Source: Nitrospirota bacterium (GTDB taxonomy: Bacteria; Nitrospirota; Thermodesulfovibrionia; Thermodesulfovibrionales; JdFR-86). From it: a DNA stretch of 64,000 nucleotides. The position numbers were made by a program, and so were the translations under genes. Below are positions 43,775-52,811 of the stretch, in pieces. The DNA lies in the NCBI GenBank assembly GCA_037386965.1, contig JARRLN010000004.1, forward strand, positions 197-64,196, written 5' to 3'. The notes under the pieces were generated by a model, which saw only the letters and a program-made list of their open reading frames with translations, did not search any database and was not told the DNA's origin. Position 1 is the stretch's first letter. The number at the start of each line of letters is the position of its first letter.

Positions 43775-44842
43775 ATGCCCCGTAGCGGTACGGCGATACT
43801 GCCGCTTCACCACGGCAAAGCGCCCGCCTGGCTTTTCCGCCGGATGGCGGCCCTGTCGCGCGAAATCCTCACCCTGACGGTGGCGGAGTTTGGCGCGGAC
43901 GCATTCCTTCGGATGCTCTCGGACCCCTGGTGGTTTCAGGCCCTGGGCTCGGTGCTGGGCTTCGACTGGCACAGCAGCGGGCTGACTACGACGGTGACCG
44001 GCGCCCTCAAGGAAGGCATCAGGGGGCTGGAGGGGGAGTTGGGCGTGCACTTCGCCGGCGGCAAGGGGGCTGCCTCGCGAAAGACCCCCGAGCACATCCT
44101 CCTGGCCGCCGAAAAGACCGGGACGGACCCCGCCGGACTGGTTCATGCAAGCAGGATGGCCGCCAAGGTGGATAACGCGGCCCTTCAGGACGGCTACCAG
44201 CTTTACCACCACGTGTTCGTCTTCACCACCCGGGGCTCCTGGGCGGTGATTCAGCAGGGCATGAACCCCCTGGACAGGACCGCCCGGCGGTACCACTGGC
44301 TCTCGGAGGGCCTCGAGGACTTCGTGGTGGAGCCCCACAGGGCGGTCTGCTCCGAGCAGCGGGGCGGAGCCGTCCTGAACATGACGGCCCGGGAGAGCCG
44401 GGCGGCCAGGGAGGCCGCGGCCCTGCTGGGCCGCGAGGAGCCGGAACGGCTCATCCGGGAGCTCACGATGCCCGCGCGGCATAACCTGGACCTCTCGGAC
44501 CTCAGGCCCGAGCGCTTGCGAAGCACCTTCCTCAGGACATACGAGAACCAGCCCCAAACATTCCAGTCCCTCCTGGGCCTCCAGGGAGTGGGGCCCAAGA
44601 CGGTGCGGGCCCTGGCTCTCCTCTCGGAGCTCCTCTTCGGGGCCCCCGCCAGTGTTCGGGACCCGGCACGCTTCAGCTTCGCCCACGGGGGCAAGGACGG
44701 CACCCCCTACCCGGTGGACAGGGAGACATACGACGGAACCATCGGCGTCATGAAGAAGGCCATCCGGTCGGCCAGGGTGGGAAACCGCGACAAGGTGGAA
44801 GCCTTCAAGAGACTGCATACCTATTTCGGGGAGGCGGCATGA
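43775..44842 (+). CDS. DUF763 family protein (355 aa)
   Basis: LPLHHGKAPAWLFRRM, LSDPWWFQALGSVLGFDWHSSGLTTT, and the HhH-like LLGLQGVGPKTVRAL. Family recalled from memory. Confidence 0.8.
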   Translation: MPRSGTAILPLHHGKAPAWLFRRMAALSREILTLTVAEFGADAFLRMLSDPWWFQALGSVLGFDWHSSGLTTTVTGALKEGIRGLEGELGVHFAGGKGAASRKTPEHILLAAEKTGTDPAGLVHASRMAAKVDNAALQDGYQLYHHVFVFTTRGSWAVIQQGMNPLDRTARRYHWLSEGLEDFVVEPHRAVCSEQRGGAVLNMTARESRAAREAAALLGREEPERLIRELTMPARHNLDLSDLRPERLRSTFLRTYENQPQTFQSLLGLQGVGPKTVRALALLSELLFGAPASVRDPARFSFAHGGKDGTPYPVDRETYDGTIGVMKKAIRSARVGNRDKVEAFKRLHTYFGEAA

Positions 44843-45276
44843 ATTATCAGATGGGCAGAGCGGGACGGGTTACGGTGGTGCGTTTTGACGACGGCGACGA
44901 GGTCCTGGGCAACATCGCCCGCATCGCCAGGACGGAAAACATCCGGGCCGCCGTCCTTTACCTGGTGGGCGGCATGCGCAGGGGGCGTTTCGTGGTGGGG
45001 CCCGAGACGGAGAACGAGCTTCCCCCCAGGCCCCTCTGGCGCGAGCTGGCCGAGAGCCACGAAGTGCTCGGCGTGGGGACGGTCTTCTGGCAGGGCGAGG
45101 AGCCCAGGGTGCACCTGCACGGGGCCTTCGGAAAGGGCGACCGGGTGCGGGTGGGCTGCCTGAGGGAGCAGACCGAGACTTTCCTCGTCCTTGAGGCCGT
45201 CATCATCGAGATAGAGGGTGTCACCGCGGTGCGCGAGATGGACCCCGCAACGGGGATGGCCCTGCTCAAGCTCTAG
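44839..45276 (+). CDS. PPC (DUF296) domain protein (145 aa)
   Basis: GRVTVVRFDDGDEVL...VHLHGAFG...LEAVIIEIEG pattern of PPC/DUF296. 4-nt overlap with the DUF763 gene. Confidence 0.75.
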   Translation: MNYQMGRAGRVTVVRFDDGDEVLGNIARIARTENIRAAVLYLVGGMRRGRFVVGPETENELPPRPLWRELAESHEVLGVGTVFWQGEEPRVHLHGAFGKGDRVRVGCLREQTETFLVLEAVIIEIEGVTAVREMDPATGMALLKL

Positions 45277-45358
45277 GGCGCCTTGGCCCCGGCGGGGTGC
45301 GGGCGAAGCGCGGCAGTATGCATGGTATGGGGGAGCGCACGGGGCGGAAGGAGCAGAC

Positions 45359-45874
45359 ATGGACGTGATGGCCGCTGTCAGAGGGAGGCGGAGCGTCCGG
45401 CGCTTTGAGGACCGCCCGGTGCCGAAAGCCCTGGAGGACAAGCTCGTCGAGGCCCTCCTCTGGGCCCCCAGCGCCGGAAACCTCCAGTCCCGGAAGTTCT
45501 ACCTGGTGCGGAACAAGGACGTGAAAAAGCACCTGGCGGAGGCGGCCCTGGGGCAGAGCTTCATCGCCCGGGCGCCCCTGGTCGTGGTGGGCTGCACGGA
45601 CGCCGGGATAGGCGCCCGGTACGGCGAGCGCGGAACCTTCCTGTACACCATACAGGACGTCGCGACGAGCATCATGTGCATGATGCTTGCGGCCCACGGG
45701 GAAGGGCTCGGCTCGGTCTGGGTGGGCGCCTTTCAGGAAGCCCGGGTGGCCCGTGTCCTGGGTCTCCCCGGCCACCTGCGGCCGGTGGCCGTCGTGCCGG
45801 TGGGCTATCCCGCCAGGGTCCCCGCGGCCCCGCCCAGGGTCTCGCGCGAAGAAGCGGTGGTGGAGATAGACTGA
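45359..45874 (+). CDS. Nitroreductase family protein (171 aa)
   Basis: In-frame part of ORF 45218..45874. RRSVRRF, APSAGNLQ, and GLGSVWVGAF motifs. GGAAGGAG SD. Confidence 0.88.
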   Translation: MDVMAAVRGRRSVRRFEDRPVPKALEDKLVEALLWAPSAGNLQSRKFYLVRNKDVKKHLAEAALGQSFIARAPLVVVGCTDAGIGARYGERGTFLYTIQDVATSIMCMMLAAHGEGLGSVWVGAFQEARVARVLGLPGHLRPVAVVPVGYPARVPAAPPRVSREEAVVEID

Positions 45875-45929
45875 CCGCCCGGAAGCAGGCCGCGGCACGG
45901 AACCCCGGAGAGGGGGCTCTCCCGCCGGC

Positions 45930-46622
45930 TCACCCGGAGGGCGGGCCTTCCTCGCCCTCCTGTTTCTTGAAGGGGGCCATGTGCCGGATGATCCTGCCCT
46001 CTATCATGTAGATGACCATCTCGGCGATGTTGGTGGCGTGGTCGCCCATGCGTTCGAGGTACTTCGAGATGTAGGTGATTTTCGTGGCCCGGTAGACGGT
46101 GGTGGGGTCGCGGCTCATGATGGCCGAGAGCTCCTCCACCACGGCCTCGTTGAGGTCGTCCATCTCGTCGTCCCGGAGGATGACGTCCATGGCCAGGCGC
46201 TTGTCGTGGTTGACGAAGGCGTCTATGGCGTCCTTGACCATGCGGCGGGCGATGTTCGCCATGGTGGGGACGTCGACGTAGGGCTTCAGGATGGGCTCCT
46301 GGTTCAACTCCAGGGCGCGCTCCGCTATGTTGACGGCGTTGTCCCCGATGCGCTCCAGGTCCGTGGTTATCTTCATGGCCGTGGTGATGGTCCTGAGGTC
46401 CGAGGCCACGGGCTGGATGAGGGCCAGGAGGCGGATGCACTCCTCGTCTATGTGGACGTCCACGGCGTTTATCTCGTGGTCGCCCGCGATGACCTCGCGG
46501 GCCATGTCGTCGTCCCTTTCCACCAGGGAGTGGACGGACTTCTTGATGGCCGTCTCCACCATCGCCGCCATCCGGACGAGCATGTCGCTCAGCCACTTGA
46601 GCTCGTTGCCCCGCATCACCAT
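45930..46622 (-). CDS. phoU: Phosphate signaling complex protein PhoU
   Basis: C-terminal 230 aa of ORF 45930..47258. The ATG shares one nt with the pstB stop (TGATG). Two PhoU repeats (DLERIGDNAVNIAE, YLERMGDHATNIAE). Confidence 0.92.
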   Translation of the reverse strand: MVMRGNELKWLSDMLVRMAAMVETAIKKSVHSLVERDDDMAREVIAGDHEINAVDVHIDEECIRLLALIQPVASDLRTITTAMKITTDLERIGDNAVNIAERALELNQEPILKPYVDVPTMANIARRMVKDAIDAFVNHDKRLAMDVILRDDEMDDLNEAVVEELSAIMSRDPTTVYRATKITYISKYLERMGDHATNIAEMVIYMIEGRIIRHMAPFKKQEGEEGPPSG

Positions 46623-47452
46623 CAGCCGAATCTCCCCGTGATGTAATTCTCCGTGAGCTTCTCCCTCGGGTGGATGAAGAGCGCCTCCGTGTCGGTGTAC
46701 TCGATGAGCTCCCCCAGGTACATGAAGGCGGTGAAATCCGAGACCCGGGCCGCCTCCTGCATGTTGTGGGTGACGATGACGATGGTGTAATCCCGCTTGA
46801 GCTCCACCATGAGCTCCTCTATCTTTCCCGTGGCCAGGGGGTCCAGGGCCGAGCAGGGCTCGTCCATGAGGAGAATCTCGGGCTCCACGGCTATGGCCCG
46901 CGCGATGCACAGGCGCTGCTGCTGTCCGCCCGAGAGCCCCAGGGCGCTTGCCCCGAGCCGGTCCTTCACCTCGTCCCAGAGGGCGGCGTCCCGGAGGCTC
47001 CGCTCCACGAGCTCGTCCAGGTCCTCGCGCCCCCGGACGCCCGCTATCCGGGGGCCGTAGGCGACGTTTTCGTAGATGGACTTGGGAAAGGGGTTCGAGC
47101 GCTGAAAGACCATGCCCACCCTCTTTCTGAGCTCGGCCACGTCCACCGAGGGGTCGTAGATGTCCCTGCCGCCTATCGTCACGGTCCCCTCGATGCGCAC
47201 CCCGTCGACGAGGTCGTTCAGGCGGTTCAGGCAGCGAAGCAGGGTGGACTTCCCGCACCCGGAGGGACCGATGAAGGCCGTCACCCGGTTTGCGGCCATG
47301 TCCATGGAGATGTCCTTCAGGGTATGGCTCTCGCCGTAGTAGAGGTTCAGGTCCCTGACGGTGACGACGGGGTCCTGGATGACCTCCCCCTTCGGGGGGG
47401 CCGGCTCCGCCGAGACCCTTTTCCCTGTCCTCTCTTTGCTCTCTAAGGCCAC
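46622..47452 (-). CDS. pstB: Phosphate ABC transporter ATP-binding protein PstB
   Basis: [37 protein letters not shown] 47452 follows GAGGAGG. The ORF-track TTG at 47464 is the upper bound for the start. Confidence 0.92.
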   Translation of the reverse strand: MALESKERTGKRVSAEPAPPKGEVIQDPVVTVRDLNLYYGESHTLKDISMDMAANRVTAFIGPSGCGKSTLLRCLNRLNDLVDGVRIEGTVTIGGRDIYDPSVDVAELRKRVGMVFQRSNPFPKSIYENVAYGPRIAGVRGREDLDELVERSLRDAALWDEVKDRLGASALGLSGGQQQRLCIARAIAVEPEILLMDEPCSALDPLATGKIEELMVELKRDYTIVIVTHNMQEAARVSDFTAFMYLGELIEYTDTEALFIHPREKLTENYITGRFG

Positions 47453-47492
47453 GTGCCTCCTCAAAAGAAAACGCGCCGGGCGCCCCCTCCCA

Positions 47493-49139
47493 TCAGAACG
47501 CCGACGCGGTGTACTTCTTCCTGAGCCTGTTGCGTATGGCGATTGCCGCGAGGTTCAGCACCACCACAATAAATAATAACAAAAATGTGGTGCTGTACAC
47601 CATGGGCATGGCCGCCTCCACGTTGGGGGACTGAAAGCCCACGTCATAGATGTGAAACCCCAGGTGCATGAACTTCCGCTGGAGGTGCACGAAGGGGAAC
47701 GTGTTGTCCACCGGAAGGGCGGGGGCGAGCTTCACCACGCCGGTAATCATGAGCGGGGCCACCTCGCCGGTTGCCCGGGCGATGGCCAGGACCATGCCCG
47801 TCAGGATGCCGGGGGCCGCGCTGGGGAGAACCACCTTCCAGATGGTCTCGAACTTGGTGGCCCCCAGGGCCAGGGAGCCGTGCCTGAGCTCCTGTCCCAC
47901 GGCGGCCAGCCCCTCCTCGGTGGAGACGATGACCACAGGCAGTGTGAGGAGGGCCAGGGTGAGGGAGGCCCAGAGGATGCCCCCCGTGCCGAAGGTGGGC
48001 GTGGGCAGCGAGTCGGCGAAAAACAGGCGGTCGATGGTCCCGCCCACCCCGTAGATGAAAAACCCCAGGCCGAACACCCCGAAGACGATGGAGGGCACCC
48101 CCGCCAGGTTGTTCACGCAGATGCGGACCACCCGCACCACCGCGCCCTGCCTGGCGTACTCCCGGAGGTACAGGGCGGCCAGCACCCCCAGGGGCATCAC
48201 GGCAACGGTCATCAGAAGCACCAGCATCACCGTCCCGAATATGGCGGGGAAGACGCCCCCCTCGGTGTTGGACTCCCGGGGGTCGGCCGAAAGGAACTCC
48301 CAGAGCCTGGCGGCGTAAAGGCCGAGCTTCCCGCCCACGCCCATGGTGTTGGGCTTGTACGCCCGGACCACGTCGCCGAGGGGAAGCTCCTTCGTGCGCC
48401 CGTCGATGCTCTCGAGGACCACGGTGTGCTTCTTGAGCGTCCGGTAAAGCTCATCCAGGCGTCCTTCAAGCTCCCCGTAGCGGCGCTGAAGCTCCTGCAT
48501 CCGCCCCTCCAGGGGGGCCAGGGCCTCCCGGCCGCCTTCGGCTCCGCCCGACCGCGCCTTGCGCATCCGGAGCTTGAGCCTCTTCATCCGATGGTTGATG
48601 TCCCCTATCCGGTCCTTCTCTATGTGGCGAATCCGCTCGCGGAGCTTCCGGGCCTCGGGCAGAAGGGAAAGGAAAAGCCGGTACGATTCCCTCTCGCCTC
48701 TTGCCAGGACGACGTCGCCCATCCGCACCTCCCGGACGAACCCGAAAAAGTCTCCCCATTCCTGCCTCTGCAGGACCACGGCCTCGGGAGGACGGCTCCG
48801 GGAGACGATGTCGGCCTCTTTGACCCAGGTGAAGTCCAGCCCGTAGAGGTCCCTGTTGGCGATTTTCAACTGCACCCTGTACCCCTCCGATACGTCCTCT
48901 CCCTCACCAAACGCCGGTATTTTTTCCCTGTCGGTCACCATGCCCAGGAGCTGGCGGCCGTCGGTGAGGGTGAGGGCCACCAGGTCGGACGTCCAGAAAG
49001 AGCCCAGGGCCTTGGAGGCGATGAGGTAGAGGAGCCCGCCCACCATCATGAGGCTCACCACCAGGGTGCCGCCCGTCAGCCAGACGAAGGGAGAGCCGCT
49101 GGCCCAGTAGTTTTTCAGCCGCCGCCTATAGCTTCCCAT
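47493..49139 (-). CDS. pstA: Phosphate ABC transporter permease PstA, long form (548 aa)
   Basis: The C-terminal region of about 280 aa is a typical PstA core ([29 protein letters not shown]). The N-terminal region of about 260 aa is an extra domain between TM1 and the core. Confidence 0.9.
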   Translation of the reverse strand: MGSYRRRLKNYWASGSPFVWLTGGTLVVSLMMVGGLLYLIASKALGSFWTSDLVALTLTDGRQLLGMVTDREKIPAFGEGEDVSEGYRVQLKIANRDLYGLDFTWVKEADIVSRSRPPEAVVLQRQEWGDFFGFVREVRMGDVVLARGERESYRLFLSLLPEARKLRERIRHIEKDRIGDINHRMKRLKLRMRKARSGGAEGGREALAPLEGRMQELQRRYGELEGRLDELYRTLKKHTVVLESIDGRTKELPLGDVVRAYKPNTMGVGGKLGLYAARLWEFLSADPRESNTEGGVFPAIFGTVMLVLLMTVAVMPLGVLAALYLREYARQGAVVRVVRICVNNLAGVPSIVFGVFGLGFFIYGVGGTIDRLFFADSLPTPTFGTGGILWASLTLALLTLPVVIVSTEEGLAAVGQELRHGSLALGATKFETIWKVVLPSAAPGILTGMVLAIARATGEVAPLMITGVVKLAPALPVDNTFPFVHLQRKFMHLGFHIYDVGFQSPNVEAAMPMVYSTTFLLLFIVVVLNLAAIAIRNRLRKKYTASAF

Positions 49140-51435
49140 ACTTTTCCCTCAGCCTGGTGCGGACGACCTCGGCCACCGTGTTGACGATAAACGTGAGCGC
49201 GAAGAGAAGGAGCGCGGCCAGGAAAAGCACCCTGTAGAGGGTGGCTCCATGGGGGGCCTCGGGTATCTCCACGGCGATGTTGGCCGAGAGGGCCCGGAAA
49301 CCGTTGAAGATGTTCCAATCCATGATGGGAGTGTTTCCCGTGGCCATGAGGACTATCATGGTCTCTCCCACGCCCCGCCCCAGGCCGATCATCATGGCCG
49401 AGAAGATTCCGGCGCTCGCCGTGGGGAGCACCACGCGCACCGCCGTCTGCCACCTGGTGGCCCCCAGGGCCAGGGAGCCCGAGATGAGGTGCCGGGGCAC
49501 GTTGGAGAGGGCATCCTCGGAAATGGTGAAGATGATGGGGATGATGGCAAACCCCATGACAAACCCCACCACCAGGGAGTTTCTCTGGTCGAAGCCCAGC
49601 CCGAGGGAATTATAGAGCCAGGCGCGGAAGTCCCCGCCGAGGAAGAAGCTCTCCACGGGCCCGTTGAGCTTGAGGCAGATATAGACCCCTAGGGCGTAGA
49701 CCGGCACGAGAAGGAGCACTTCCGTCCCCTCCCTGAACCACTTTCTCACCCCCTGGGGGAGGCGGTTCCAGAGAAAGAGGGAGACGAGGGTGAGCACCGC
49801 AAGCACGGGGGGGATGAGGAAGACCGCCGGGACCTTGTCCTCGATGTAGGGGGCGAGCCACAGGCCCCCCAGGAAACCGAGCACCACGCTCGGAAGCGCG
49901 GCCATAATCTCCACCACGGGCTTGACGTAGCTCCTCACCACCGGGTGCATGAACTGCGAGGCGCTGAGCGCCCCCATGATGGCCATCGGGATGGCGAAGA
50001 CCAGGGCGTAGAGGGTCCCCTTGAACGTGCCGAACACGATGGGGGTGAGGCTCAACTTGGGCTCGAAGTCGTCCCCGTACCCGGTGGACTGCCAGACGTA
50101 TGCGGGCTTGTTGTACCCCTCGTACCAGACCTTCCCGAAAAGCGTCTTGAGGGTGACCTCGGGGTACTTGTTCTGGATGTCCCAGTCGTAGAGTTTTCCC
50201 CGGTTATCCAGGGCCACGGCCCCGTCGCCCTTGGGCGCGAAGGCCATCAGGCGTATGGGGGCCTCGCCCCGGAGGGTGAGGAGCTTCCGCTCGGTGGTGG
50301 CGTGCTGAAGATATATCGTCCCCCTCTGGTCGGCGCTCAGGAAGCTCCGGTTCCGGACGCTTGCGGCGAACCGGCGCACGGGCGCCCCGTGGCGGGCCAT
50401 CCGGTGGGCGCGCACCAGGCCCCTGCCGGTGGGCGAGTCCGGCTGCTCCACCTGAAACCAGACCGAGACGTTGCCCTCCTCGTCCCCCACGAGCAGGGAG
50501 CGCTCCCCCACCAGAAACCCCAGGGAGGAAACGGCCGCCCCGCCCTCTCCGGCGTCATGGACGGCAACAAGCACGGGCTCCTGCCCGGGGGAAAGGCTCC
50601 AATGAAAGAGCTTTCCGTCCGCGGTGCCCGCATAGAGGTTCTCCAGATACGTATCCAGGGCCACCGAGACCGGAACGCTCCCGCCGAGGTCCCCGGTGAG
50701 GTCGAACCTTCTCCGGCTCACCTCGCCCTCGCCGAAAAGGGTCTGCTCCACCTCCTCGGAGACCAGGAGAAGCTCTCCGGTCTCCGTGAGGGCGGCCACC
50801 GCCCGGGACCCTCCGTCGGGGAGGGCCTTGTAGGTGGCCGCCTTGAGGGGAAGGTTCGTGACGCTCATCAAATCGCCCTCCCTCACGTGGGGGATGAGGG
50901 TGCGCTCGAGCTCCTCGCCGAAGCGGACGTCGAACTCCACCCATACGGGCAGGACGTGGCCGTCCGCCGTTGCCAGGGTGTAGAAGGAACTGTCCGGGGA
51001 GCCCCTGGCCGCGGTCACCCGCCTGCCCTGGAGGGCCTCGAGGGTCACCTCCTTGAGCGCCTGTCCCGTGTCGATGGAGAAAAACCGGACCACCCCGTCC
51101 CGGGTGATAACATAGGCCACCTCCCGCAGCTCCTCCACCCCCAGGGCCACCGGGGCGGCCTCCGGGGCGGGCCCGCCCGGGGCGGCGGAGGCCAGGAGGC
51201 CTTCGCCCGAGAGGGGATAGGAGGCCCTCAGCGAAGACCGGGCTCCCCGGGCGAGGGGAAAGGTTTCGGCGGAGATGAAATACAGGATGGCCAGGATGCT
51301 GGCGATGATGACAACACCGCCCACGGTGATGACCACCCGGGCAGTGCCGTCAAACAACCTCCGCCGGCGGAGGGCCGACCGGGTGAAGCCCCTGTTCAGG
51401 CGCCCGTTCTTTCCCTCCGGCGACAGAAGCTCCAT
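49126..51435 (-). CDS. pstC: Phosphate ABC transporter permease PstC, long form (769 aa)
   Basis: C-terminal permease core (SLALGATRWQTAVRVVLP). N-terminal TM helix followed by an extracytoplasmic region of about 400 aa with repeated ...G.L..W... beta-propeller-like units. Confidence 0.9.
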   Translation of the reverse strand: MELLSPEGKNGRLNRGFTRSALRRRRLFDGTARVVITVGGVVIIASILAILYFISAETFPLARGARSSLRASYPLSGEGLLASAAPGGPAPEAAPVALGVEELREVAYVITRDGVVRFFSIDTGQALKEVTLEALQGRRVTAARGSPDSSFYTLATADGHVLPVWVEFDVRFGEELERTLIPHVREGDLMSVTNLPLKAATYKALPDGGSRAVAALTETGELLLVSEEVEQTLFGEGEVSRRRFDLTGDLGGSVPVSVALDTYLENLYAGTADGKLFHWSLSPGQEPVLVAVHDAGEGGAAVSSLGFLVGERSLLVGDEEGNVSVWFQVEQPDSPTGRGLVRAHRMARHGAPVRRFAASVRNRSFLSADQRGTIYLQHATTERKLLTLRGEAPIRLMAFAPKGDGAVALDNRGKLYDWDIQNKYPEVTLKTLFGKVWYEGYNKPAYVWQSTGYGDDFEPKLSLTPIVFGTFKGTLYALVFAIPMAIMGALSASQFMHPVVRSYVKPVVEIMAALPSVVLGFLGGLWLAPYIEDKVPAVFLIPPVLAVLTLVSLFLWNRLPQGVRKWFREGTEVLLLVPVYALGVYICLKLNGPVESFFLGGDFRAWLYNSLGLGFDQRNSLVVGFVMGFAIIPIIFTISEDALSNVPRHLISGSLALGATRWQTAVRVVLPTASAGIFSAMMIGLGRGVGETMIVLMATGNTPIMDWNIFNGFRALSANIAVEIPEAPHGATLYRVLFLAALLLFALTFIVNTVAEVVRTRLREKYGKL

Positions 51436-51441
51436 AAGACC

Positions 51442-52407
51442 CTAGAGGACCTTCTTCCGCATCTTCTTGACGACGCTTGCCGGAAGGGGCTGATACCCGG
51501 ACTTGACGACAAGCTGCTGGCCCTCCCGGGAAAGGATGAACGAGACAAACTCCCGCACCAGAGGGTCCAGGGGCCGGTTGGGCGGACGGTTGATGTAGAC
51601 GTAGAGGAACCTCCCCAGGGGGTACCGCCCGCTCAGAAGGTTCTCGGCCGAGGGCTCCATGAAGCTGGTGCTCCCCTTCTTGGCCAGGGGGACCGTCCGC
51701 ACGCCGGAGGTAATGTAGCCGATGCCGCTGTAGCCGATGCCGTAGCGGTCCTCGGTCACGCCCTGCACGACGCTGGCCGAGCCGGGCTGCTCCTTCACCT
51801 CGTCCCTGTAGTCGCCCTTGCACAGGGCGTGCTCCTTGAAGAAGGCGTACGTGCCAGACGCGGAGTTCCTCCCGTAGAGGCTTATAGGGTGGTTCTTCCA
51901 GTCCCCGGTGAGGCCGAGGTCTCCCCAGGTCTCGACCCTCTTGCGGGCCCCGCACTTGCGGGTCTTGGAGAAGATGGCGTCCAGCTGCTCGATGGTGAGG
52001 CCCTTGACGGGGTTGTCCTTGTTGACGTAGACGGCCAGGGCGTCCAGGGACGTGGCCACCTGGGTGGGCTTGTAGCCGAATTTTTTCTGGAAGGCGTCCA
52101 CCTCGGAGCTCTTCATCTGCCGGGACATGGGCCCGATCTGGGCCGTCGCCTCGATAAGGGCGGGCGGTGCGGTGCTGGAGCCCTTCCCCTCTATCTGGCA
52201 CCGCACGCTGGGGTAGAACCTGGCAAACCCCTCGCACCAGAGGGCCATCAGGTTGTTCATGGTGTCGGAGCCCACGGCGTTGAGGCTCCCGGAGACCCCG
52301 CTTACCTTCTGGTAGGCGGGTATCGCGGTGTCCACATTCCCGGCATAAGCACCGGCCGAAAAGACGGCCAGCACCAAAGCCACGGCCAAAAACATGTGCT
52401 TCTTCAT
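51442..52407 (-). CDS. pstS: Phosphate-binding protein PstS
   Basis: Signal peptide; GSDTM, SASGTY-like, and GIGYSGIGY motifs. SD AGGAGG lies 8 nt upstream. Confidence 0.92.
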   Translation of the reverse strand: MKKHMFLAVALVLAVFSAGAYAGNVDTAIPAYQKVSGVSGSLNAVGSDTMNNLMALWCEGFARFYPSVRCQIEGKGSSTAPPALIEATAQIGPMSRQMKSSEVDAFQKKFGYKPTQVATSLDALAVYVNKDNPVKGLTIEQLDAIFSKTRKCGARKRVETWGDLGLTGDWKNHPISLYGRNSASGTYAFFKEHALCKGDYRDEVKEQPGSASVVQGVTEDRYGIGYSGIGYITSGVRTVPLAKKGSTSFMEPSAENLLSGRYPLGRFLYVYINRPPNRPLDPLVREFVSFILSREGQQLVVKSGYQPLPASVVKKMRKKVL

Positions 52408-52428
52408 TCAGAAAACCTCCTGCTTCGA

Positions 52429-52484
52429 ATTTTAAGCCTCGATTGTTACAGAAACGTTACAAACCCGTGATGATTCCGTTACGA
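52429..52484 (-). promoter_or_regulatory. Pho-box module 3 (proximal pstS promoter)
   Basis: On the minus strand: TCGTAAC-ggaa-TCATCAC-gggt-TTGTAAC-gttt-CTGTAAC at exact 11-bp phase, then 10 nt, then TAAAAT at 52434..52429. Confidence 0.7.
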
Positions 52485-52516
52485 GGGGCAACCCCCAACC
52501 GCTGCTCGTGCTTCCC

Positions 52517-52572
52517 ATTATAAGCTTCCGGTGTTACAGGACTGTGACAGCCTCATGAAGGTTCCGTGAACC
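52517..52572 (-). promoter_or_regulatory. Pho-box module 2 (embedded in the 3' end of the 71-aa ORF)
   Basis: On the minus strand: GGTTCAC-ggaa-CCTTCAT-gagg-CTGTCAC-agtc-CTGTAAC, then 10 nt, then TATAAT at 52522..52517. Confidence 0.7.
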
Positions 52573-52749
52573 CTCCACAGCCGTCGAAGCCCGGCCCTGC
52601 CCCTCGGCGTTCCTGCAAACAGGGCACTTGGCCGGGCTTTGCAGGCAGACCATGCGCTCGTAGGACGGCACGACGGGGAGGCCCCGCCCGCAGCCGTCCC
52701 TCTTTCCCTCGAAGTAAGGACACGTCGGGCTTTCTCTTTCGATGTTCAT
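52534..52749 (-). CDS. Cys-rich small ORF (71 aa), predicted leaderless and Pho-controlled
   Basis: ORF track entry MNIERESPTCPYFEGKRDGCG...MVCLQSPAKCPVCRN. The ATG lies 6 nt after a -10-like TACTCT that follows four Pho half-sites. No SD. Coding status is uncertain. Confidence 0.45.
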   Translation of the reverse strand: MNIERESPTCPYFEGKRDGCGRGLPVVPSYERMVCLQSPAKCPVCRNAEGQGRASTAVEGSRNLHEAVTVL

Positions 52750-52755
52750 GAAGAC

Positions 52756-52811
52756 AGAGTACCGGACGGATGTGACGGGATTATGACGGGGTGGTGAAAA
52801 TTCGGTGAAAG
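52756..52811 (-). promoter_or_regulatory. Pho-box module 1 (distal)
   Basis: On the minus strand: CTTTCAC-cgaa-TTTTCAC-cacc-CCGTCAT-aatc-CCGTCAC, then 10 nt, then TACTCT at 52761..52756. Starts directly after the phoR stop codon. Confidence 0.7.
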
